Of a stretch of DNA of 64,000 nucleotides, positions 51,400-62,536 are shown one piece after another (positions within the stretch are counted from its first letter, which is position 1; the number at the start of each line of letters is the position of its first letter). Below the pieces are notes generated by a model, which saw only the letters and a program-made list of their open reading frames with translations, did no database searches and was not told the origin of the DNA. The translations under genes and the position numbers were made by a program. Source of the stretch: Epiperipatus broadwayi (Eukaryota > Animalia > Onychophora); NCBI GenBank assembly GCA_028023455.1, contig JAQFVV010000001.1, positions 1,302,001-1,366,000 of the forward strand, in the 5' to 3' direction.

Positions 51400-52950
51400 A
51401 TATAAGTATTAATTTGTTATATTAATTTTGAATAACTTTTCCAGTATGATATATCTTCATTCCAGTAAGTGACATCACTTGTTATTTTTATATTTAATAC
51501 TAGATTTTCCATTTTGACAATTTTATTGATTGCTAATATACCATTTGTACAATTGCAACAATAATTGATCCAGCTGTTTTTGAAAATATACTCAAGTTGT
51601 TTATTTTTCATTTCTCAGGAAATTTTTAATCCCGGTAAAAGGAGCCAGTTTCAAACCATTCAGAGTTTTGTTTAGTTTAGCATGGTATTTGAAACTTCAT
51701 ATTTATTTCTCTATCTCATTAAATAAAAGTGCAGTTTTAATATTCACAGAATAATATTTTTATGCTCTTAATGGAATTAATATGTAACTGAAATAGGATT
51801 AAATATCACTGTAATCAAAGATATTTGTCTGAATATCCATTTAACTCATGAAAATTTGTTAATTGTTTCATAAATTTATCTATTTTCTTCTTAAATGACA
51901 ATTTTTTTTCATTAATTGCTATAATTCATATTTTTTGGTTTTCTATTATTTTTTCATAAATTATTTCATATTTTTTAATATTTGAAACTTTTGATCCACA
52001 ACTTATTATTATTACTTAGAATTCTTCATCTTTACTTTTGTTTTTGTCACTCTCAGCAACTGTTTTAGTTTCTCTATTCTCAGTATTTTGAAAGTCAACT
52101 TTTTGTTTTACCGATGTTATATTGATGAAATCTGAATTTGCTTTTTGATTGTTTCCACAATTCATAACAATTTAAATCATGTCATTCAAAAATAACTATT
52201 TTTTAATTCATTTTTTTATAGGTCCCAGAAATGATTGATTTTACTAATTATCTACAATCTATACTATTTAGTTTCACATGATTTAATCCATTTTAGTTTT
52301 AAGAATACATACTTTTCCAAGCTTTGCCATGTAATTGTGGAGTGTAAGGAAGATCCAAAATAATCATTTGTCATCATGCTTTCAATTTATTTTTCTGAAA
52401 ATTTTTTATCACTATCACAACTTACTATATGACTTTTTGAACTCCACTTAATTTTTACTTTTGCAATATAATGTATAAAATGACCAACCTCTTTTTAATT
52501 TCAATAAATCGCTATTGCAGAATGCGTAAAGTCAAACTATAAGGTAATTAGACCACAACAGTTTCTATGAAAACTACAATGTCTGCATGTACAATTTTCA
52601 CTGACCCTGACATATTTGGATTCTATTCATATAAATGCTTTGACTGTTTTTAGATATAAATCATTTAACTTTTTAATTTTTATTCCATAACATGTTTCCT
52701 ATCTCTTTAAATGAACCTAGTTTTATCTGTGAATACTCTGCTTTGTTTTCATCTTTTCTCTTTATTATCTCAATTTTTTTAAAAAAAAAATTTTTTTAAT
52801 TTTAATATAAATAATAAAAACACCATTATTTGCAGCTATTATTTTAATAGACAAATTATGATATATAAAAAACTTTTCAGTATTGTTTGATTTCTGAAAT
52901 TCTAAATTTCTTTTGCTTTTTGGAATGATTGTTTGATACTAATATTTCGG
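51400..52950 (-). mobile_element. Possible very old CR1/L2-like LINE 5' remnant (ORF1 end / endonuclease start)
   Basis: Minus-strand patches IILDLPY and NGLNHVKL (SGNH-esterase-like ORF1) and KMENLVLNIKITSDV (APE-like). The resemblance is weak and judged by eye. Confidence 0.3.
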
Positions 52951-53750
52951 CTTAAATCTGGCAGATGCCTACAAACAACAATCATTTATCATAGATGAAT
53001 AACTAAATTAATTTTGTTATATGGTATTACTTCTAATATAAGACACACTTTTTTTCCAAATTTTGAACCTGTAAAAGAGGGCTGAATCTTAACCTTTTCA
53101 CTTTCAAGCAGCCATATTGAATATTTAAAAAATTATGCTAAGCCATAAATTTTATCATAACTTTAAGTTTTATTAATAAAAAATGACATAATAAATATTG
53201 TTTTAAAGATTAAACACCAAAGAATATAATTAAACTGGAAAAAATATAGTCATTGATATTCAAAGTAATAAAAAAAAGAATAAAAGTTAATATTTCTAAT
53301 AATTATTTTCATATTATTTCATAAATCCTAAATTATCATACATACAACTTAAAATTATATTTTTGTTATTAGGTTAGTTGGATTCATAAAATTTTTAAAA
53401 AATTAATATATAATAACACTTACCTAAGGTAATCCATCACTTGAAAACTTAATAGAATAAAGACATTAGTACCTTTCAATTTTCTCAATAGTCCTTCAAA
53501 GTGTATTTCCATACAGGGGTTTGCAGTGTATAAGTCATTCCTAGTAACATCCCTTATAACAAGTAGTTAATACTGATTAATAATTAGTATAATTTGAATA
53601 TTATAATAAAGAACTTCAATACAGTTTGTAATTTATTAAAAAGTACTACTAAAATAGTCACTGTATACAAAATAAAATAAAAAGTGAATGAAATACTAAA
53701 TTCATTATAGAATTAAGCTTGAGGTACATAAGTTTGTAGTTTATATATAT

Positions 53751-54970
53751 ACTGTCAAAATCGTTACTTTTAGCATTTGCATATTTTTTACTATTATTAA
53801 CCAAAAGACTGTTTTTGACGAGGCTCCTCGTCGACATCTGAAATCACTCTAACTCAGTTCGTTTTCATACGAAAAAATTCGTTAAATACGTATTGAATTC
53901 GTTTTTAAAAGTTCTGTACGATGGTGACATCTTCCGATTTATTTTAGAAGTAAAAAATAGAGAAAAAACGCATTTAAACCTAAACAAAGAAGGAACATTA
54001 TTTGTGATTGGTTCTTAGCATGCTCTCAGCCGAAAAAGACATTCTGATTGGCTGGAAAGAACAAAGAAACTGCCTGATCAAAGAAAATAAAAGAAAACGC
54101 TGAGGATTTACGATACGATTTAAATTATTATTAAATAATATTTATGGAAATTTAACATAATTTTCAGAGAGAATAATAAAAAAAAAAATTATTTTTCGAA
54201 AAATATTGAAGATTTTAGTACAAATATTGAAGTTGTAATAAAAAGAAATATTTACTTTTCTATAACGTAAAAGTCGATCTTTTTGTTTACATTATAACTT
54301 TTATGTTGCCGATATTGATTATCTTAGAATAAATAAATAGCAATTTATTTTTGAAAGAACTTTCGTTGTCTTCACAACCTTAAAAATTAATTATATACTT
54401 TTTATAAATGTATCTGAGTTGAATTTAATATTATAGGCGAATATGTTTTAACAATAGGCTTTGTCTTCAGTTTGTGAGTTGGCCAATTAAAAGATTTGAT
54501 TTTTATCTGATACAACCAATGATAAAATTAGCGGTTTAAGGGTTAAAATGCAGACAAATTATAAAAAAATATAAATCAGGTCATTATATTTCCAAAATAT
54601 GTTCATCTTTGTCTCATATCAATTAATTCACATCATATCAAAAAATGCAGATAACTCATGATATAAATGTACACAATCACCAGCTTTTTTTTAATGTTAG
54701 TTTTAATAGTAATTTTTTCGGATTTTTATCAAATATATATATATGAATAAAATAATAATTAAAAAATATGCAGTTTTGAAATTTATATTGCAATAGTCTA
54801 TAATCGGCCTAAGTTTAGTACTGTCAAAATCATTACTTTTAGCATTTGCTTATTTTTACTATTATTAAAATGCAGACAAAAAATTATAGAAAAATCTAAA
54901 TCAGGTCATTATATTTCCAAAATATATTTATTTTTGTCTCATATCAATTAATTCAAATACTCCACTCCAG
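53751..54970. repeat. Dispersed direct repeats
   Basis: ACTGTCAAAATC(G/A)TTACTTTTAGCATTTGC...ACTATTATTAA at 53751 and 54820. AAAATGCAGACAAA...AATCAGGTCATTATATTTCCAAAATAT...CATATCAATTAATTCA at ~54545 and ~54867. Confidence 0.75.
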
Positions 54971-55429
54971 CTCACATTATAGAAAAAATGTAATCACGAT
55001 CTTTTTTTTTTTATGTTAGTTTCAATAGTAATTTTTTTTTTTTTTATCAAATATATATAAAAAAAAAAACTAATTAAAAAATATATAATAAAATAATGAT
55101 TAAAAAACATAATAATAATTAAAAAAATATAGAAAAATAAAAATACTTATCATTAGGCCCCCATAACGTTGTCTTTAAAATACAAAGGAAAACTTTTTAC
55201 CGATATATTTTTCATGCTGAAATGTTCTCCAGTAACTATCAAAAAAATGAGAGAAAGACAAAAAAATTCAATCTACTTAATCACAAAAATTATAAAATTT
55301 TTATTTTTTATCGTAAAAAAATAAAATTTACCTTTCTGGAAAGTAGAGAAAAAGATGGAAATGAAGGTGTAAAAAGCGCATGCGTAGGCTGCGTAGATTT
55401 CCGCTAATCTTAACCTCAACTTAGATGTT

Positions 55430-56554
55430 TATAATTTGAAAATCATTGCCCGCATTGTGTGGGTATAAACATGAAGAGGTTAAAATGGGAACAAAAAATT
55501 TTAGCGTATTGTTTCTGCAGATCTTTGTTTTACATTATATATGCACTTAATATTATGATCATTACCTGGGTAGAATAGCGTGTTAAGTCTTTTTTAATCA
55601 AAAGAAAAGATTTGACATTAAATATCAATATTTTTGGGATTAATTTTAATGAGAAAACTACTGAATAATCTTTAGAATCTTTTTACAACTAATAAATCAT
55701 TACGAGATAAGAACTTGCCTTCACTCTGGTTGTTACTTGTTCTCTGCACAAGAGAAGTGCCTGTCAACAATTTTTGATTTCAAAGTGAAAACAAAAATTT
55801 TAAAATCTTTTTTTTTTTACACATTTATAATTTTTTTCAGAAAATACCTATTTGTAAAAATATAAATTATTTTAGAAGAATGATTCAGGTTTTAATAGAA
55901 AAATTTACTTTTACACGAAAGCAAATTGAGAAAGAAATTAATGAGATGTTGACCACTATAGATTAGTTTTGGCAATTATAAAGAGAAATTTATTTTTAAA
56001 AAACTTTTCTTTACTTTAATAATTGAACAAATTATTAATTTGCATTTTAGAAAATGTTTTTAATCAAAAGAACCGAAAAAAGATTTATCAGTAACATTAA
56101 ATGTCAATACTATATTTAAACATTTTTTTTTTATTTGAAGAAAAAAATGTTACGATATTTACATTAACAAAAAAAGACTAATGCAAACAATATACATATA
56201 ATCTTGAGTAGGTTTGGACAAATATACCTGAAATTATATAGAAAAAATATTTCTTAAAATGTGGCATTGCTAATAATTTAAATAGCCTGCAGATGTAGCA
56301 TGGTGGAAGAATAGTGAAGAATGAGAATTCAAGTTCTGAAAGTGAAGATATAGAAAATGAAAACATATCTGAAGAAGATTCACAATAAATTAGGTGAGCT
56401 TATTGTGTTTATATTAGTCCCCCCAGTTTTCCGAAATAAAAATGTTTCTTATTTTTGAATAAAGTCCCCCCCCCCCCAGTTTTCCGAGCTTAAAATCCTA
56501 TTACATCTTAAATTCGGGGGGAGGGGTATGTCTTATATTTGAAGAAATACAGTA
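55430..56554 (+). mobile_element. Decayed pogo-like DNA transposon 3' part with right TIR
   Basis: FTLVVTCS patch (~55718), KKYFLKCGIANNLNS (~56243) and an acidic tail SESEDIENENISEEDSQ*. TIR-like GTCTTATATTTGAAGAAATACAGTA at 56530-56554. Confidence 0.55.
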
Positions 56555-57172
56555 TATTCTAATTATAATCTAGCCAGATTAACTTTTGGTATTAGCAAAG
56601 AGACCCTGTCCAATTTTTTTATTTTATAAAAATAACAAATCTTTATATTGTTTTAATTCTGGGATAGATTTTTATCTTGTGATAGAATGGGTTTTTTTTT
56701 TTTCATTTTTTTTGAAGCTTAATTTTCCTTTACAACTAGTAAAAATAAAATAGTTATATCTGCAGATATTGAATTGAAAGTAAGACAAAATGATTAAGAA
56801 CTGAAATAATCTATTAATTTTTATTATAAATTACTTTGTTGTGATAATTAAGAAAGTTTATATTTGAAATGAAATAGATTTTCCAATAAAGCAAAGAACT
56901 GGAGTTGTATGTTAACCAAACTGAACATTGTAAATGAAATTGCTTGAATAGAAAGGATATTGAATACTTGAATAATATATGATATACTGAAATTAAAATT
57001 CTTTTTTCAAAATTATTTTTACTTCTCAATTTGTATATATATACTTGTAATGTATAAAATTAAAAGTGTTTTTCTTGGCAAGATGTTAAATCTTAGATAA
57101 TTAAAAATTCAATGATTTTGGGTTAAATTTTATTTCATAATTTTAATTAATTGTTGTTTTTTATTTCTCTAG

Positions 57173-57306
57173 TCTGAACATTTAAGAAACTTTACTGGCT
57201 ATTCAACGGCATACTTCTCTGAATGTTTACATGATTTATATAGAACTTTTTGCAATGCACCAAATTACCCCCAGCAAGCTGTAAGAGAAAAATACAAATC
57301 ACCCAA
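57173..57306 (+). CDS. CycA: Cyclin A exon, 134 nt (penultimate coding exon expected)
   Basis: TTTCTCTAG acceptor and GTAAGT donor. SEHLRNFTGYSTAYFSECLHDLYRTFCNAPNYPQQAVREKYKSP(K). Confidence 0.95.
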
Positions 57307-58257
57307 GTAAGTAATATTTTAAAATTTGTAGTATCTGTTCAGTATCTTAATTTTATATACTTGTGCATGATTATGGAATACTATTGAATAATTATCAAAG
57401 ATTCAGTATTATATACTATAAAAATTAACAGATTATTAAATATAATATTTGTAATAGTTTTTTTTAATTGATTGCTTTAACAAATTCTTTTATAATATAA
57501 ATTAAACAAAAGATTTTAATATTATAAATAAATGTAACACCATATAGCTGGCTTGAAAGGCCATCATTTTAGTAATAGTTTTTTTAATTGGTTGGTTTAA
57601 CAAATTTTTTTTAGTTCGTGAATAAAATCCTCGCAATCAAATTAAGCCTCTAAATTAAAATTTTAAATACACCTGTTATATTTGATATGTGAATTTGACA
57701 GTATTCCGGACAACTATTAATGGTGTAATTACTTCCTTCACATAAAATATTCCTAGCGTAATAGTTTTTTTTTTAATTGGTTGTGAATTTGACATGTGAC
57801 AGCCTTGTGGAGAAACATTCACATGGATTTTATATATGAGATTAAGAACAATTATATTTCTAATTTTTGTATTTTTATATATATATTATGAGCTCCCCAT
57901 TAAGTTCATTACAGTAATGAGGATTCAGTTTTTGACCACATTTCCTGAGTAATTGTGAAAATTTTTTAAAACTATCGTACAATATACTTAGTATTTGACA
58001 CTATCAGAATTAATTGCTGATCTCAAATAATTAGAATAGGATATTATTATAATTAATACATGCATGTAGCTACACTACAAGCACATACAAACAATATATA
58101 AACCACTAAACATCACATGATCACCATCTCTTATACGAGCACATAATTGTTGTAAACAAAGGCAAAACTCTAGTGCCACCCTGTGCCAACCAGAGCAATC
58201 AATGGATGCCAGAAGGCTTGTGCACAAAATCCCTATCTAGTGCCTACTCATTCAATA

Positions 58258-58299
58258 TCCCCAGACTAGTTTCTGGCTTCTGGCCATCATCAGTGAGGA
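58258..58299 (-). ncRNA. Type I hammerhead ribozyme motif (HH-B)
   Basis: Minus strand: TCCTCA CTGATGA TGGC cagaa GCCA GAAAC TA GTC TGGGGA. Confidence 0.9.
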
Positions 58300-59070
58300 G
58301 CCTTGGATCTGAGAGCACTGCACCTAGATCTTAGGATCCAATGCAACCCTCCAGCAGCCACCTTTTAACTCTACTGTACTACAAAACTATGAGAATGAAA
58401 TTGGAAAACACAATAATATTTTCAATCTAAACTCAATAGTCTATATAGTCATATGGGTCTGAACTCAATTCATCATCCATATATTTTGGTGTTTTTGGTT
58501 CTTAAACAACCACAGCCATCTAGTTTTGCCTTTGTTTACAACAATTATGTGTTGGTATAGGAGATGGTGATCATGTGATGTTTAGTGGTTTAACACCAAT
58601 CCTGCCTAATGGGATAGTGGTGGCTGTGGTTGTTTAAGAGCCAAAGACACCAAAATGTATGGGTGCTGAATTGAGTTCAGACCCATATGACTATATAGGC
58701 TATTGAGCTTAGATTGAAACTATTATTGTGTTTTTAATTTCATTCTCATAGTTTTGTAGTACAATAGAGTTAAAAGGTGGCTGCTGGAGGGTTGCATTGG
58801 AGAGTTTTGCCTTTTTTTACAACAATTGTGTGCTGGTATAGGAGATGGTGATCATGTGATGTTTAGTGATGGCTGTGGTTGTTTAAGAGCCAAAGACACC
58901 AAAATGTATGAGTGCTGAATTGAGTTCAGACCCATATGACTATAGGTTATTGAGCTTAGATTGAAAATATTATTGTGTTTTCATTCTCATAGTTTTGTAG
59001 TACAGTAAAGTTAAAAGGTAGCTGCTGGAGGGTTGCATTGGATCCTAAGATCTAGGTGCAGTGCTCTCAG

Positions 59071-59129
59071 ATCCAAGGCTCCTCACTGATGATGGCCACA
59101 AGCCAGAAACTAGTCTGGGGATATTGGAT
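59071..59129 (+). ncRNA. Type I hammerhead ribozyme motif (HH-B), best-formed copy, predicted cut after 59115
   Basis: ATCCAA GGC TCCTCA CTGATGA TGGC cacaa GCCA GAAAC TA GTC TGGGGA TA TTGGAT. Complete core, perfect stem II, palindromic stem III ACTAGT, GUC triplet, and stem I with an internal loop. Confidence 0.93.
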
Positions 59130-59329
59130 GAGTAGGCATTCGATAGGGATTTTGTGCACAAGCCTTCTAGCATCCATTGATTGCTCTAGTTAGCACAGGG
59201 TGGCACTACTGTATGGAGAGTTTTGCCTTTATTTACAACAATATATATATATATATTTATAAGTTATTTTAATTATAATAGTTTTTTTAATTTATGGATA
59301 AAATATGAATGCTGCAGGAATATAATGTT

Positions 59330-61080
59330 TGATGTGATGGCAATACACTATGGCTTCTCCTTTATCGAAGTCGGTAATCTTTCAGCCACTATGCCTAGAG
59401 AAATCTGTTTACCCACCTTCTCATTTTCCAGCCTAAGTTTTTGCCACATTCTTGTCTATCCTGCTCCATCCCGTTTCCACATCATCTTTGTCAACTCTAT
59501 GGCTTTATATCTAGAACTCCTTATCTTTTTCCAAACCCAGCATAAAAACCAAGAACCCACTTTCTATATAACATTTTATTTATATTTATTCTCCCACAAC
59601 TTTATTATTTGTACCCTTTCTACTTGTAAGTATTTACATTAAGTTAGCAGATACCTAATATTTTCTATTTATTCATTACATAATTTGCAGTCTAAATCAC
59701 TCACATTTTTTAATTTATGTGTATATCCCTTATTGCTAACTATCCTGTTTGAGCCTTAAACAGTAAACTAAACTCCTTGCTATTATTGTAAATTAACTCA
59801 CACCCAATATTCTGTTTATTTCTATATATATTTAAACTCTTTTTGCTCTCCATACTAGTTCTCCAACTCCCTATTTTTTATTAATGAATATATTGTTCTA
59901 TCCCATTCTTTCCATTATAACACTCAACAATTTTTCTAACACAATCATCCCACTTTTTGTACAAGTATACTGACATAAAGTCTTTATTCAAATCTTCTAC
60001 ATACTATAACTACCTTTCTTACTCATTTTATTGCCTATCCTTTACTCATAACCCAATTAAATACTATTTTGGCTATTTTCTTACTATCCATAAATTGCAA
60101 TCTTATCAAACATTTTCATTTTTGTTTTTTTGCATCTCATAAAAACTTGACCATTCCATTTCTCCTTGAATTGGCTCCTTTGCCATCCACATAACTGCAT
60201 CTAATGCATGTCTTCATACTTTTTGTATTTTTTCTAAGTAACCTAACACGCCTTTACTAACACGTAACACATCATTACCATAGGTTAATCTGTTACGGCC
60301 ACTCCCATATAATTCTTGCTGTATCATATTTATTATACGAAAACACTGCTAATTTCTTTATCAGTACCTTTTCTTCGTTTCATTTATCAAGCCCCCCCTC
60401 CCCATTCCTTCAAGCAAATCCTCTGATTACTTAGACAATTCTCAAATAATTGTACCTATTTACCACATTTAACTTTATATCCCCCAATAAAAAAATCTTT
60501 CTTTTCTCATTCCCCAGCATTTATCGTTATTACTTTTGATTTTTCTTCACTAAATTTAATCCCCATCTCTTTACCCATCCTTGCGCACATCTTCAGCATA
60601 ATTTCCATATCTTCCCTATTCTCTGTGCACAAGAAGATATCAGCAAATAAAAGACCTGATAATATATACACTCCCTTTCCATCTATTAATGGTATCTCTA
60701 CCCCTCTTCCTAGATTTTCTATTGCTCTCTCCATTTCTCTCAAATATAACAAAAACCAAAAAGGTGACGTAAGGCATCCTTATCTTAATCCTGCCCCTTT
60801 TTTAATTCTTAACTGATTCTATATTTTCTAATTGATACATATAGTTATTATTTTTATACATCTCTTAATAAGATCCACTAAAGCTCCATTCATTCCCAAA
60901 TTTATAAAAGTTACCCGTAATCTATTTCCATTTAGTCTTATCATACCTTCTCTGTCTATAAAGACCATATATAACTGTCTACCTGTATTCCTATTTATAT
61001 CTATAAGTTGTCTGACTATAAATATATATCATATATGACTATCCGATATAAAATCTTGCATTTTTCCCATTGTATTATTT
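59330..61080 (-). mobile_element. 5'-truncated decayed LINE (same family as 22212-24280)
   Basis: Minus ORF MLYLREMERAIENLGRGVEIPLIDGKGVYILSGLLFADIFL. The 3' end AAGGAGAAGCC...CCATCACATCA lies near 59330-59362. Confidence 0.9.
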
Positions 61081-61184
61081 GAATTTTTGCAAATAGGGAA
61101 ATTCCCTCTGAATTTCTATAAATAGTGAAACTCCCTCTGTAGGCACAGTCAATATACAATACCAGAGGGCACAACTAGACTTAT

Positions 61185-62536
61185 AGTAATAGGTAGTAAG
61201 GGAGTATATATTTTGTCAGGTCTTTTTTTTGCGGATGATATATTTTTGTGTGCAGAAAAAAGAGAAGATATGGAAGTTATGCTGAGGACTTGTGCAAGGG
61301 TGGGTAAAGAGATGGGGATTAAATTTAGTGAAGAAAAATCAAATATAATGATGGTTAATTCTGGGGAAAGAGAAGATGTAGAATTTTTATTGGAAGATAT
61401 TAAGTGTGGTGAATAGATATAGTTATTTGGGAATTATTTTAAGCAATCAGAAAAATTATTTGGATGAATGGGAGAAAAAATTGATAAATGAAGCAAAGAA
61501 AAGAAAGGGATTGATAAAGAAATTAACAGTGTTTTCATATAATAAATATGATGTAGCTAGAATTGTATGGAAGAGAGTTGCAGTAGCAGGGTTAATATAT
61601 GGCAATGATGCTTTAGATGTTAGTAAAGAGGTATTAGATTACTTAGAAAAAGTACAAAGGGAAGTAGGAAGATATGCATTAAATGCAGATGTGTGGATAG
61701 CAAAGGAGGCAATTCAAGGAGAAATGGGATGGTCAAGTTTTTATATGAGAGATGCAAAAAGTAAATTGAAAATATTCGGTAGATTGCAGTTTACGGATAA
61801 TAAAAGAATATCCAAAATAATGTTTACTTGGGTTACGAGTAAAGGGCAGGCAGGGGAGAATGGTAATGCGGTATGCAAAAGATTTGGATAAAGAATTTAT
61901 ATCGGTATATTTGTACAAAAGATGGGATGATTGTGTTAAGAGGATTGTTGAGTGTTATAGTAGTAAGGAATGGGATAAAAGAATAGATTTATTAATAAAG
62001 AATAGGGAGTTAGAAAGATCCAGAAATAGTATGGAGAGTAAAAAGAGTTTAAATATATATAGAAATAAATAGAATATTAGATGTGAGTTAATATATGATA
62101 ATAGTAAGAAAAGTAGGCTCGAACGGGATCTTTAACTACAAGAGAATATACATGTAAATGGAAAAATATGGGTGATTTATTTTGTAAATTATGTAAGGAA
62201 GGAATAGAAAATATTAGACATTTGTTAATTGAATGTAAATGCTTGAAAACAGAAAGGGTACATATAATGAATTTATTGATGAATAAATATGAAAAAAGTG
62301 ATTATATAGAAAGTGAATTATTGGTTTTTATGCTGGGTTTGGGAAAAGATAAAGGGGATTTAGATATAAAGGTTATAGAGTTGTCAGATTATGTTGTGGA
62401 AATGGGATGGAGCAGAATATGGGAAAATTTAGAATGGGGAATGAAAAATAAAGTGGCTAACGGGTTTATTTGGGCATAATTGCCGAGATAATTCTTGACT
62501 TCGTTTAAGGAGAAGCCACAATACATCACATCACAT
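61185..62536 (+). mobile_element. 5'-truncated LINE, same family, (CATCA)n tail
   Basis: SGLFFADD, YSYLGIILS, VWKRVAVAGLIYG and the C-terminal CKLCKEGIENIRHLLIEC. Tail ACATCACATCACATCA at ~62521-62536. Confidence 0.92.

Larger units (their letters stand above)
58101..59236. mobile_element. Scrambled HH-B hammerhead repeat insertion (one antisense arm, three sense segments)
   Basis: Direct repeat AACAATATATA at 58090-58100 and 59237-59247. Internal junctions at ~58521, ~58801 and ~58868. Confidence 0.92.

Noticed and set aside
57702-57720. Candidate final cyclin A exon after TTTGACAG
   Set aside because: It would encode N-IPDNY*, with no resemblance to the conserved cyclin A C-terminus and a weak polypyrimidine tract.
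58610-58695. tRNA-like look of the HH-B segment GGTGGCTGTGGTT...GAGTTCAGACCC
   Set aside because: It does not fold as a cloverleaf. It is kept only as a possible promoter-like motif within the repeat.
59223-59642. 139-aa plus-strand ORF
   Set aside because: It is an antisense reading of the minus-strand LINE 3' end, starting at a rare codon.
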